Positions 43,385 to 53,528 of a stretch of 64,000 nt of DNA are shown here, in pieces. Position numbers and translations under genes: made by a program. The notes under the pieces are model-generated. The model was not told the origin of the DNA. It was given only the letters and a program-made list of their open reading frames with translations, and ran no database searches. The stretch is taken from the NCBI GenBank assembly GCA_963727775.1, contig CAVSHB010000004.1:224001-288000 (forward strand), in the 5' to 3' direction. This stretch comes from an uncultured Nitrospiraceae bacterium (lineage in GTDB: Bacteria > Nitrospirota > Thermodesulfovibrionia > Thermodesulfovibrionales > SM23-35). How positions within the stretch are numbered: the stretch's first letter is position 1; each line of letters starts with the position of its first letter.

Positions 43385-44459
43385 GATATTGTTCTCCCTT
43401 TCGATTATAGGCATATTCGTTGGCTTGGTGAGCGCCTATATATACGGCATTGAAAAAAAGCCGCAGCCTCCAGTATTTAATCCGGCTTCGAACCCTTACT
43501 CAAAAGGCGTCTATGCAAACGGCATCATTGAAAGCTACCAGACAAATGGAGAGAATATCAATATATACCCTGAAGTATCGGGTACTATTACAAAAATCCT
43601 GGTCGCTGAAGGACAAATCGTGCATAAGGGGACTACTATGCTTATGATGGACGATTCCGTTCAAAGGGCCACCGTACAGCAGCAGAAGTCTCAAGCCGAA
43701 GCTGCTCTGGCTCTCCTTGAAGAACTCCGGGCCCAGCCGAGGAAAGAAAATCTGGATATCGCAAAAGCCCAGGTAGAGTACGCGGGCACAAGCCTCAAAA
43801 GCGCGCAGGACCAGATGGACAAGCTAAGAAAGTCTTACGAACTGGATCCGAAATCGGTAAGTAAAAACGATTTGGATAACGCAGAAAATGCGGTCAAAGT
43901 GGCAAGAGCAAACCTCGCGGTCGTCCAGAAGCAGTACGAACTCACTAAAGCCGGGGCCTGGGTTTACGATATAAGGAACCAGGAAAACCAATATGAAGCC
44001 CTGTCAAAGGCTTACCAGTCTTCGGACGCCTTGCTTGCAAAGTACGTTATAAAAGCGCCGGTGAACGGAGTGATTCTATCCGTAAATGCTGCGGTGGGCA
44101 GCTATATGTCGTCTCAAGGGACGTATGACACTTATACAGAAGGGTTAGACCCTGTCATAGTCATGGGTAGTTCGGAAAACTACCTTGGAGTAAGATGCTA
44201 TATTGATGAGATACTTGTGCACAGATTGCCTCAGGCATCACAGACAAAAGCAAAGATGTCTATCAGAGGCACGAATATCAGCATCCCTCTGGAATATGTG
44301 CGGGTGCAGCCGTATGTGACACCAAAAATCGAGTTGTCAAACCAAAGGACAGAGAGGGTGGATGTGAGGGTATTGCCGGTGCTTTTCAGATTCGAGAAGC
44401 CAAAGAAACTTAATATTTATCCCGGACAATTGGTAGATGTATATATTGAAGAGAAATAA
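43374..44459 (+). CDS. HlyD-family membrane fusion protein
   Basis: RBS AGGAGG before ATG 43374; EVSGTITKILVAEGQ, coiled coil, IKAPVNG and ERVDVRVL. Confidence 0.88.
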   Translation: MRNKILFSLSIIGIFVGLVSAYIYGIEKKPQPPVFNPASNPYSKGVYANGIIESYQTNGENINIYPEVSGTITKILVAEGQIVHKGTTMLMMDDSVQRATVQQQKSQAEAALALLEELRAQPRKENLDIAKAQVEYAGTSLKSAQDQMDKLRKSYELDPKSVSKNDLDNAENAVKVARANLAVVQKQYELTKAGAWVYDIRNQENQYEALSKAYQSSDALLAKYVIKAPVNGVILSVNAAVGSYMSSQGTYDTYTEGLDPVIVMGSSENYLGVRCYIDEILVHRLPQASQTKAKMSIRGTNISIPLEYVRVQPYVTPKIELSNQRTERVDVRVLPVLFRFEKPKKLNIYPGQLVDVYIEEK

Positions 44460-44460
44460 T

Positions 44461-45939
44461 ATGGCATGTACAGATAAGATGAAAGTATATGCGCTGATCG
44501 CACTTTTATCCCTTTCCTCTGTAACCGGCTGTGCAGTGGGTCCTGATTTTGTCCGACGCGATGCGCCGAAGGTTGATCGCTACACCCGTGAAGGAGATCC
44601 TGCGAAAACAATCGTTGCGGACGGCAAGGCCCAGCAGTTTGAACCTGGCGCAAAGATCGCAACAGACTGGTGGCGCCTTTTTAATTCCACCAAACTGGAG
44701 ACTGTAATAAAAGAAGCGATCGCCAATAATCAGACCCTGCAGTCGGCGCAGGCGAGTTTGCGCCAGAGTCAGGAGAACCTGCGGGCAGGCTACGGAGTTT
44801 TCTATCCCCAGGCAGACGCGGGTGTTGGCGCATCGCGTCAAAAATTCTCCCAAGCACGCTTTGGTGGGAACTCTGCAAGTAATATATTTAATCTTTATAC
44901 GCTGACAGGCACTGTCAGCTATGTCCTGGACATCTTCGGAGGCGAACGCCGCGCAGTAGAAAGTCTGCAGGCCCAGGTGGACGTTCAGCGCTATACGGTA
45001 CTAGCCACTTACCTTACCTTATCGGGTAATATCGTAAACACTGTTATTGCCCGTGCAGCTTACAGTGAACAGATTAAGGCTACTGAACAAATGATCACTT
45101 TACAAAAGGAACAGGTCGGACTTACCGAAACACAAGCAGAGGCGGGAACCGTCCCTTACTCGAATGTGCTCAGCCTTCGGAGTCAGCTTGCAGCTACAGA
45201 AGCATTGCTCCCTCCGCTCCGGCAAAAGCTTAGTCAGACCGAGCACCTGCTTGCGACATTGTCGGGTAGAACACCTGCTGAATGGACGCCGCCCCAACTC
45301 GACCTGGGAGACCTCACCCTTCCCGGTAACTTGCCCATAAGTCTTCCTTCTGATCTGGTACGGCAGCGTCCGGATATCCTTGCTTCCGAGGCCCAAATGC
45401 ACAGCGCCAGCGCCGAAGTCGGGGTGGCCACGGCTGCTTTATACCCAAGTTTTACCTTGAGCGGCGACTACGGTCAAAACAGCACTTCTCTCGATAATCT
45501 ATTCAAAAACAACAGCAGTTTCTGGAGTCTTGGCGCGAACATCGCCGCTCCCCTGTTCCATGGGGGTACACTGCGGGCCAAACAGCAGGCTGCTGTTGAG
45601 GCATACAATCAGTCCCTGGCGGACTATCGTCAGACCGTGCTCAACTCTTTTGCCCAGGTTGCCGATGTCCTGCGGGCCTTGGAAAATGACGCTGGAAGCA
45701 TATATGCGCAGTCGCAGGCAGTCAGTGCGGCCCAAGAAGCTCTGCGGTTGATACAGGCAAATTACCAGGCAGGCGTTGTCAACTATCTTCAAGTTCTTAT
45801 CGCGGATAGTCAGTACTATCAGGCAAAGATCGGTTATTTACAGTTACTGGCCCAGCGTCTTCAGGACACTGTTGCCCTCTTCGTCGCTTTGGGCGGCGGC
45901 TGGCGGGATGCAAAAGAGAAAACCCTGGTAGACTCGTAA
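44461..45939 (+). CDS. NodT/TolC-type outer-membrane efflux lipoprotein (start 44461 or 44479)
   Basis: Lipobox VTGC-AVGPDF, PSDLVRQRPDI and ALGGGW. Confidence 0.92.
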   Translation: MACTDKMKVYALIALLSLSSVTGCAVGPDFVRRDAPKVDRYTREGDPAKTIVADGKAQQFEPGAKIATDWWRLFNSTKLETVIKEAIANNQTLQSAQASLRQSQENLRAGYGVFYPQADAGVGASRQKFSQARFGGNSASNIFNLYTLTGTVSYVLDIFGGERRAVESLQAQVDVQRYTVLATYLTLSGNIVNTVIARAAYSEQIKATEQMITLQKEQVGLTETQAEAGTVPYSNVLSLRSQLAATEALLPPLRQKLSQTEHLLATLSGRTPAEWTPPQLDLGDLTLPGNLPISLPSDLVRQRPDILASEAQMHSASAEVGVATAALYPSFTLSGDYGQNSTSLDNLFKNNSSFWSLGANIAAPLFHGGTLRAKQQAAVEAYNQSLADYRQTVLNSFAQVADVLRALENDAGSIYAQSQAVSAAQEALRLIQANYQAGVVNYLQVLIADSQYYQAKIGYLQLLAQRLQDTVALFVALGGGWRDAKEKTLVDS

Positions 45940-46018
45940 GACCTCAGAACAGTTGTAAGAACGGCATAATTGGATCTCCTTTCAATATGATTGAAAAGGC
46001 CCTATAGAAATTAAGAAA

Positions 46019-47287
46019 ATGAATAGATTAACGCATACACTGCGTTCATTGCAGCATAGAAACTACCGCCTTTTTTTCGTCGGCCAGGGCATCTCTCTAA
46101 TTGGCACATGGATGCAACAGATAGCATTAAGCTGGCTTGTATATAGAATCAGCAATTCCGTTTTTCTCCTCGGCATAGTCGGGTTTGCGAGCAGGATTCC
46201 CACTTTTCTCCTTGCGCCCTTTGCAGGAGTCTTAGCCGACAGGTGGAATCGTCACCATCTAGTGATAATAGTTCAATCACTGGCCATGGTGCAGGCATTT
46301 GTCCTGGCATTCCTTGTATTAACGGGCAAGGTTACGGTATGGCACATAATACTGCTTGGCCTATTCTTGGGCTGTGTTAATTCTTTTGACATTCCCATAC
46401 GTCAGTCCTTTGTGGTGGATATGCTTGAAAAAGATGAGGACCTCGGTAATGCCATTGCCCTGAATTCTTCACTGGTCAATGGCGCAAGGCTGCTTGGTCC
46501 TTCTGTGGCGGGTGTGCTTATAGCAGCTGTGGGTGAGGGCATGTGTTTTCTCATCAACGGCTTAAGCTACATCGCGGTCATCGTCGCCCTGTTCGCTATG
46601 AGGATCACCAGAAGACAAACGAGTAGAGACGGGTCCAATTTTCTGCACACCCTCAAGGAAGGTTTTTCTTACACCTTTGGCTCTGCCCCTATTCGGGACA
46701 TCCTATTACTTCTTGCCCTCGTCAGCCTGATGGGGATGCCATATGTTACTCTCATGCCGGTTTTTGCCAGGGATGTCCTGCATGGCAGCTCTCATACGTT
46801 CGGATTTTTAATGGGCGCCACCGGAATAGGGGCTTTAATAGGGGCAATATATCTTGCTTCCAGAAAGACAGTTGCAGGACTGGGAGGGGTCATTGCCATA
46901 GCAGCCTGTGTCTTTGGGATCGGACTCGTCGCCTTCTCGCTTTCCAAAATCCTGTGGATTTCTCTCCTGTTAATGGTTTTTACCGGATTCGGGATGATGG
47001 TCCAGATGGCGGCAAGCAATACGGTTTTACAGACTATCGCGGATGACGCCAAGCGCGGTAGGGTGATGAGTTTTTACACCGTAGCCTTTATGGGCATGAC
47101 GCCCTTCGGAAGTCTGATAGCGGGATGGCTGGCAAGTCGGTTAGGTGTAAGGGATACCGTTTTCATAAGCGGAGTCTCTTGCCTTATAGGTGCTGCTATT
47201 TTCTTAAGCAGACTTCCTGCATTGCAGGAAATGGTCCGTCCAATATACGAGGGGAAGGGAGTTATATTAAAGGGAAAACCATTGTGA
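46019..47287 (+). CDS. MFS transporter (MFS_3-like)
   Basis: HRNYRLFFVGQGISLIGTWMQ, GVLADRWNR and RGRVMS; about 12 TM segments. Confidence 0.92.
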   Translation: MNRLTHTLRSLQHRNYRLFFVGQGISLIGTWMQQIALSWLVYRISNSVFLLGIVGFASRIPTFLLAPFAGVLADRWNRHHLVIIVQSLAMVQAFVLAFLVLTGKVTVWHIILLGLFLGCVNSFDIPIRQSFVVDMLEKDEDLGNAIALNSSLVNGARLLGPSVAGVLIAAVGEGMCFLINGLSYIAVIVALFAMRITRRQTSRDGSNFLHTLKEGFSYTFGSAPIRDILLLLALVSLMGMPYVTLMPVFARDVLHGSSHTFGFLMGATGIGALIGAIYLASRKTVAGLGGVIAIAACVFGIGLVAFSLSKILWISLLLMVFTGFGMMVQMAASNTVLQTIADDAKRGRVMSFYTVAFMGMTPFGSLIAGWLASRLGVRDTVFISGVSCLIGAAIFLSRLPALQEMVRPIYEGKGVILKGKPL

Positions 47288-47489
47288 AAAGTTTCGTATA
47301 TCACATGGATCTTTGACGAGATCAATAGATTAATCACAAGGACTAAGCGTGAGACTTTCCTTTGCGATATTTCTTCCAGCGCTTTGACAGCTTTGCCATC
47401 GCGTCTTAGGCAACATGGTTTCTCCAAGCCAAGTATCGGTTGTATAATTTCGGTGATATAATTAAAGCAAGAGAAGAGGTAACCGGACA

Positions 47490-48560
47490 ATGGTACGATT
47501 GACAGCATTCATTTTCATCATAAGCGGCTTTCTCCTGATGCATGGGGTGGTACTCGCGCAGTCAGCGCAGATAACACCGGGGAGTCCGACGTTGGCAGAG
47601 CCTCTTGTTCGAGAAGGAGATTTGGCTGTCAGACTCTTAGAGGCGCTTAACCTTGGTTCAGCGGAGAGCGAAACCGAGGCCGAGAGTGTGCTGGCCTCTG
47701 TCGATATCACACCCCGCAACGGCTGGATCGCCGATTACCCCGTTACCCCTGATATAATCGGCGAACTACAGGTTGCCATTAGCGAAGCAGCAGAATCGGG
47801 CAAATTAGCCGTAGGTAAGGAAGCTGCGCTGCAAACATTGCAGGATGTCTTATCTGATTATAACTTGTCCGCGAAGACTGATACCTCAGGACAGGGTACA
47901 GGTGAAACATCTGCCCCTGATTATCCTGACTCTACGGGGGTAAGTGATTATTATAGCGATGAAGGACCTCCTGTGGTTACCTATTATGCTCCGCCTCCTG
48001 ATTATGCATACCTTTATTCTTGGGTATCTTATCCTTTTTGGTGGCGGGGCTCACGGTTCCCCGGGTTCTTCGTCAAAAAAAGGTTTAATGTCTGGGTGCA
48101 TGGTCCCGAAGGTGGGCATGGAGAATATATCAGCAATTACTTGCACGATTCGAAGACAGACAAGACCTTCCGCATCGATCCCATGAAGAGGTCCCACGGT
48201 GGAGCTCTTGAAGAAATAGGAGGCGCGAGACAGTTCAGCCCTTCGGCACCGAGCGGGGCAGCAGCAGTGCCTGGTCCGAGTCAGGAGCGTGCAATTACAA
48301 GGGCACCGGGAGAATTTCGAGGTTATGGCGCCTCAGGACCTTCCACCGGAACTCGCTCAAGCACTTTTGAGCGTTCAAACAACAGCAGCTTTGAACGAAA
48401 TGCGAGCGACCGTGGGTTCCAAAGCCGCTCCAGCGCCGGTCAGATACCCGGCAAGGGGGCCAGCGGAGGAGGCTCACGCAACGGCAGTGCCCGAGGTGGT
48501 GGCAGTGTAGGAGGATTCCATGGTAGCGGCGGAGGATCTACCGGTGGAGTGCGTCACTAG
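47490..48560 (+). CDS. Secreted hypothetical protein, paralog of 37518-38486
   Basis: Signal peptide, the same conserved blocks and a Gly/Ser/Arg-rich tail. Confidence 0.8.
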   Translation: MVRLTAFIFIISGFLLMHGVVLAQSAQITPGSPTLAEPLVREGDLAVRLLEALNLGSAESETEAESVLASVDITPRNGWIADYPVTPDIIGELQVAISEAAESGKLAVGKEAALQTLQDVLSDYNLSAKTDTSGQGTGETSAPDYPDSTGVSDYYSDEGPPVVTYYAPPPDYAYLYSWVSYPFWWRGSRFPGFFVKKRFNVWVHGPEGGHGEYISNYLHDSKTDKTFRIDPMKRSHGGALEEIGGARQFSPSAPSGAAAVPGPSQERAITRAPGEFRGYGASGPSTGTRSSTFERSNNSSFERNASDRGFQSRSSAGQIPGKGASGGGSRNGSARGGGSVGGFHGSGGGSTGGVRH

Positions 48561-48634
48561 AAGGACAATATATCTCTCAGTGTATGTCTTTGCACCAGAT
48601 TGGCATGCACAAGACAGCATGAGCTTCCCGATGC

Positions 48635-49627
48635 ATGGAGGAAAGAGCGATGCTTAGAAATACGATGAAGTCAGGAAACCTTCACCGATATGGTTTAATG
48701 GTGTTTATATTGACTATCTTCGCAGTGACGGTTTTCAGTTTTCTTGCCTCAGCGCAAGATACAAAACAAAAGAAGTTCAAGTCCCCGGAAGACGCATTCA
48801 ATGCACTTGTGGAGGCCGCGAAGACCAATGACACCAAGGGATTACTGGCCATCTTTGGACCGGATGGCAAAGAAATCATATCCTCCGGCGACTCAGTTGC
48901 CGATACAGGATCCCGGAAACGTTTCGTGAAGGCCGCTGGTGAGGCCATTAAGTTTAGAAAGTTGGACGACAAGACAACGTTGGCAGTTATCGGAAAAGAC
49001 GAGTGGTGCTTTCCCATCCCTCTGGTGAAAACAGGGCCTGAATGGGTTTTTTCCACTGAAGAGGGAAAGGAAGAGATCATCAATCGGAGGATAGGTAGGA
49101 ACGAATTGAATTCTATTCAGGTTTCTCTGACTTATGTGGCCGCACAACGTGAGTATGCCGGCAAGGACCGTAATGGTAACGGGATACAATACGCCCAGCA
49201 TTTTCTTAGCCGGAAGGGCAAGAAGGATGGTCTGTACTGGGAGGCCACACCCGAAGAAGAGACCAGTCCCTTGGGGCCGCTGCTTGCCCGTGCCTCTGAA
49301 GAAGGATACGCTTTCAGGAAAGACGAGAAGCCTGTTCCATACCACGGGTATTATTTCAAAATCCTGAAAAGTCAGGGCAGCAATGCCCCAGGTGGCGAAC
49401 TCGATTATATAGTCGCCCGCAAGATGGTGGGCGGTTTCGGCCTGTTGGCATACCCTGCGGAATACGGAGTGTCCGGGATCATGACCTTCGTGGTGAACCA
49501 ACAGGGGATTGTGTATGAGAAGGATCTCGGGTCCAGGACGAAAGAGATTGCAAAGGCGATGATAAAGTATGACCCTGACAAGACGTGGAAAAAGGTTGAA
49601 CATACGTCAGTTGGTCCGGCAAGATAA
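48635..49627 (+). CDS. DUF2950-family protein
   Basis: FPIPLVK, EIINRRIGRNEL, KDGLYW, SPLGPL, PYHGYYFKIL, PAEYGVSGIMTF and YEKDLG. Confidence 0.9.
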   Translation: MEERAMLRNTMKSGNLHRYGLMVFILTIFAVTVFSFLASAQDTKQKKFKSPEDAFNALVEAAKTNDTKGLLAIFGPDGKEIISSGDSVADTGSRKRFVKAAGEAIKFRKLDDKTTLAVIGKDEWCFPIPLVKTGPEWVFSTEEGKEEIINRRIGRNELNSIQVSLTYVAAQREYAGKDRNGNGIQYAQHFLSRKGKKDGLYWEATPEEETSPLGPLLARASEEGYAFRKDEKPVPYHGYYFKILKSQGSNAPGGELDYIVARKMVGGFGLLAYPAEYGVSGIMTFVVNQQGIVYEKDLGSRTKEIAKAMIKYDPDKTWKKVEHTSVGPAR

Positions 49628-50008
49628 GAATAAAGATTTTTTCGCCTCAAGAGTTCTTCACGGAAATTAACTGTCCCCGCTAACCGATAGGTCCCGGAAG
49701 TTGAAACATGAGGGAGCTACCGAAAAACTGTTCTTGTAATCATTCATATTCTCTTCATATTCAATATCTCAAATTTAGTTGATTTACCCGTGCTGCCTGT
49801 CGTCCCCTCCCAAGACGTATTTTCTTTTTAAAAACTACGAGGAACTCCATATGCTGCAATGATTTGAAGGCGATTTCTAATTTCAAGAAAATGGCTACAA
49901 TTTTACCTTGAGCAGATCAAGAATCTTTTGCTGACTGTTATCCGGGGTGCAAACAATTCGGCACGAAGAGCCCTGCACTTGAAGTCTCTGCCTTCTCAGG
50001 CTCTTTAA

Positions 50009-51642
50009 CCTAAAAAAAGCGGTACGGGATACACATAAGGGGCGAAGCATGCAATAATAAACGGAAAAAGAGTGGCAGGAGGGTTCACCTAATGGGTGAG
50101 GCAAAACGGCGTGCGATAGCAAGGAGCAACTCAGTAGGAATTGATACATATGCGGGGAAGATACACGTAGAATGGGACCCTGATGCAGCTGTTACCCCAT
50201 TGGGGCAGTTGCCATTTTTCATAGAATTTCTGAAAGTCAGCGGGTTGTTTGATTCCTTTGTAAAAGAGTGTCCCCTCTCCTATAGCAGCCCGAATGCGCC
50301 GAAGAAGAGAAACGTGTTAGGCACTCTCATGCTTTCGATACTTGCGGGACATAAGCGATATGCACATATCGCAGCGATACGAAGTGATGGAGTGAATCCC
50401 GAGTTATTGGGGATGGATAAGATAATCAGTGAAGATGCGGCGCGTCGGGCCTTATTGCAGATAGAAGAAGGGACTGGGATACAATGGCTTGAATCAGAGC
50501 TTGCACGCTGCACGATGCCTGTATTATCGGCAGTATCAGGCCCCTCCTGGATACTTGATACGGACACGACGGTAAAGTGTCTGTATGGCAAACAAGAGGG
50601 GGCAGTTGTGGGATATAATCCTAAGAAACCTGGGCGGCCCTCACACAGTTACCACAGTTATTTTATGGCAAACACACGATTAGCGTTAAAGGTAGAAGTG
50701 AAGGCGGGCAATGAGACCGCATCGAGTCACAGCACGGCTGGATTATGGGAATTGGTAGAGAGTATTCCCCGGGATAATCGGCCGGCCTTCATCCGTGGAG
50801 ATATAGCGTTTGGAGTAGAGGGAGTGTTATCAGAGGCAGAAAAACGTAGTATACATTATGTCACAAAGCTGAGGATTACGAAGAATGTAAAAAGATTGAT
50901 CGAGAGAATGTTTGAGATGGAAGAATGGGTAAAAGCCGGTGCCGGATACTATGGAATGGAGTCAGAGCTGAAGTTATTTGGGTGGAGCCGTAGTCGCCGG
51001 GTGATCGTGCTGCGCCGACCTATACCTGGGGATATTCTTTTGCAGAAAAAAGGGAAAGATCAAATGGAGATGAGTTTCATCGAGACACAAGGGGGAGTGG
51101 CTAAGTATGAGTACACGGTGCTGGTGACTTCTCTTTCTGATGAGGTATCAAGTATTGCACAGCATTACCGGGATCGTGCAGACAGTGAAAATATCTTTGA
51201 CGAGTTAAAGAATCAGTGGGGCTGGGGCGGATATACGACAAAGGATTTGAAGCGATGCCGCATGATTAGTCGCATGGTAGCTCTTGTATATAACTGGTGG
51301 TCGCTGTTTGTGCGCCTGGCCAATCCAAATAAACATCATGAGGCAATAACGAGCAGACCGTTGCTGTTACACGCAGTTGCGAAACAGACAAAACATGGGG
51401 GACAGACTTTTCTGACTATTACCAGTCCTCATGCAAAGGCTGAAAAGGTGCGGGGAGCATTGTTACGACTATCACTGTTCCTCGGGGATATTAGGACCAC
51501 TGCGGAGCAGTTGAATATCGCTGAGCGGATGAGGATTGTAGCAATGCATGCTTTTAGAAAAATCATCGGCCCTTTGAACATAAATTCAGGGAAATTGCTC
51601 CCTCAAACTGGTGTGGCATGATCTCTAACTGCTTTTTTTAGG
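50009..51642 (+). mobile_element. IS1380-family element nested in IS1634 (1634 bp)
   Basis: IRs CCTAAAAAAAGC at both ends; 5-bp duplication TTTAA at 50004-50008 and 51643-51647. Confidence 0.92.
50092..51621 (+). CDS. IS1380-family DDE transposase
   Basis: LDTDTT..YGKQEGA..GYNP, RGDIAF and YRDRADSENIFDELK. Confidence 0.88.
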   Translation: MGEAKRRAIARSNSVGIDTYAGKIHVEWDPDAAVTPLGQLPFFIEFLKVSGLFDSFVKECPLSYSSPNAPKKRNVLGTLMLSILAGHKRYAHIAAIRSDGVNPELLGMDKIISEDAARRALLQIEEGTGIQWLESELARCTMPVLSAVSGPSWILDTDTTVKCLYGKQEGAVVGYNPKKPGRPSHSYHSYFMANTRLALKVEVKAGNETASSHSTAGLWELVESIPRDNRPAFIRGDIAFGVEGVLSEAEKRSIHYVTKLRITKNVKRLIERMFEMEEWVKAGAGYYGMESELKLFGWSRSRRVIVLRRPIPGDILLQKKGKDQMEMSFIETQGGVAKYEYTVLVTSLSDEVSSIAQHYRDRADSENIFDELKNQWGWGGYTTKDLKRCRMISRMVALVYNWWSLFVRLANPNKHHEAITSRPLLLHAVAKQTKHGGQTFLTITSPHAKAEKVRGALLRLSLFLGDIRTTAEQLNIAERMRIVAMHAFRKIIGPLNINSGKLLPQTGVA

Positions 51643-53383
51643 TTTAATCTCTCAATCACATACTCAAATGTCCATCTGCGGTGTTTATTTTTTCCGTCAG
51701 ACTGAAACAGAGGCTTTAGTCTCTGATTCATATGCCACTGCAAGTAGTAGGCAAGCATGCAAAGAAACACATGACAGCGGATTCGGTCGTCGGTCTTGTG
51801 ATAAACGGGCCGCACCTCAAGCTGTACGCTCTTTAAGTTCCGAAACGCCTGTTCTACAAGAGCAAGCTTTTTATATGATGCCACTATTGCCTGCTTTGCC
51901 ATCAGCCCGGCAGGAACATCGGAGGCAATGATGTAACAGCCGTCAATCAATTCCTCAGTCTCGATCTTCTCTGTTTTTAATTTCCATGTGAGACGTCCAT
52001 CCTGTACTGACCACTCTACAAATTTACCTGTCTTCCACTTTCCCAGAACCTTCCCCACCCTTGCCGCTATCTTCTCGTTTGACGACTTCCGTTTTGATTG
52101 GGCTATGCTATCCAATGCCTTTCTGGTGACCTCAATCAAGCCTTTGCGTGTCACAGCTTCCCTTGTAGCGGTCTTTGGATTGCGGCATAAGCAGTATCGC
52201 CGTCCTATCGCCTCAGGATCCACTACTTCAATAATCTCCTTTTCATCAAACATATCGATCTGAATCACCTTGCGTTCCAGTAGCTCTTTTATCTGGTGGT
52301 GTGTTAATGCCGATATTATATTGAGCCCTTTTACATCCTTAACCTTTTCGTAATTGGCATGAGTAACCATTCCACGATCACCTACAAAGATTATCTCCTG
52401 GATCCCATATTTTTTCTGCACCTCAGCTATTTTATCGGGTACCGTTTGAGCATCCTGAGTATTCCCAGGGAAAACTTCCACACCCACAGGGCACCCCTCG
52501 GGACTGCAAAGCAGCCCTATCACCATCTGTTCATGCCCCCGCTTGCCGTCCCGGTTATATCCGAATTTAACGATCTCACTGTCTTCATACTCGCCCTCAA
52601 AATAACTGCTGGTTATATCGTAAAGCACAAGCGCGCCGTTTCGGAGATGCTTTTTCGCCAATGTACTTTGGATGGCATCCTGCCTCTGTAAAAGACGATC
52701 CATAGGCTCATAACAATGCTTATCTACGTCAACCGGCCCTTCTATCCCGCAGAGTTCCCATAATGCCGTGTCCTCCCATCTGTGCGATAAAGCCAGCTTG
52801 CTGCCGCTATATACTAAACGGCCGATTATCATGGCAAGACAGTCTTTAACCCACTGCTCGGAATATCTCGAATAAATCATCTTGTCCAACTCTAATTCCT
52901 TCGCCAACTGCAATACCGCATAGGAAGCGCCGTACTCTTTCGATTCCGCGATTTTGTGAGCGTCGGCTGAACCCTTTACCAGCACATCGCCCCTGAAGGC
53001 GGCCTGTATGAGCTTTAGTTGTTCAAGACTCATATCCTTAATGGTCCCATGTGTCGTGTGCCTGATTTCGCCCTTCTCACGGAAGGTAGTGCGAATAACG
53101 CCGTAGTGCTTATTGCCGGAAGTCTGTATTTCGAGATGGGGGCGTGGCTTCTTTTTAAATGGCATGGCTACTATTATAGGATATGATTACCACTATGTCA
53201 ACTATAAAATGCTATATTATATGGCTACATTTGAAAGCCAAATACACGGTAATCTATTGTAATATAAGCATTTATGGGTGTTTTCATAAAAGAAAATACG
53301 CCAAGAAACGTCAGGCAGCCCCCTTCTTCTCAATACGATCTCTTCCAAGCTGCGATGTCCGGAACTTTATAGCTTGAAGGAAT

Positions 53384-53411
53384 TGTAACCGAATACCTTT
53401 CTTAATCGTCT
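53384..53411 (+). promoter_or_regulatory. Putative ECF sigma promoter TGTAAC-N17-CGTCT
   Basis: Independent (non-duplicated) occurrence 118 nt upstream of the efflux operon start at 53529. Confidence 0.6.
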
Positions 53412-53528
53412 ATTCTTACAGTGGGAAATGGTTCATTGGAAACACATTTGGGCACTCTTGCGTCCAATCAGCTACCGTCGGAGTCGCCACGGCAGAAGGC
53501 ATCAAACCTATAAACTGGAGGGGTAAAT

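Larger units (their letters stand above)
49895..53165 (-). pseudogene. IS1634 transposase interrupted near its C-terminus
   Basis: LYDITSSYFEG, GYNRDGK, VGDRGM and VEQAFRNLK..RPVYH; removing the nested IS gives ..VIERL-KSLRRQRLQ..LLKVKL*. Confidence 0.92.
49816..53300 (-). mobile_element. IS1634-family element (about 1846 bp without the nested IS)
   Basis: 13-bp IR CGTATTTTCTTTT at both ends; 6-bp duplication CCAAGA at 49810-49815 and 53301-53306. Confidence 0.9.
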
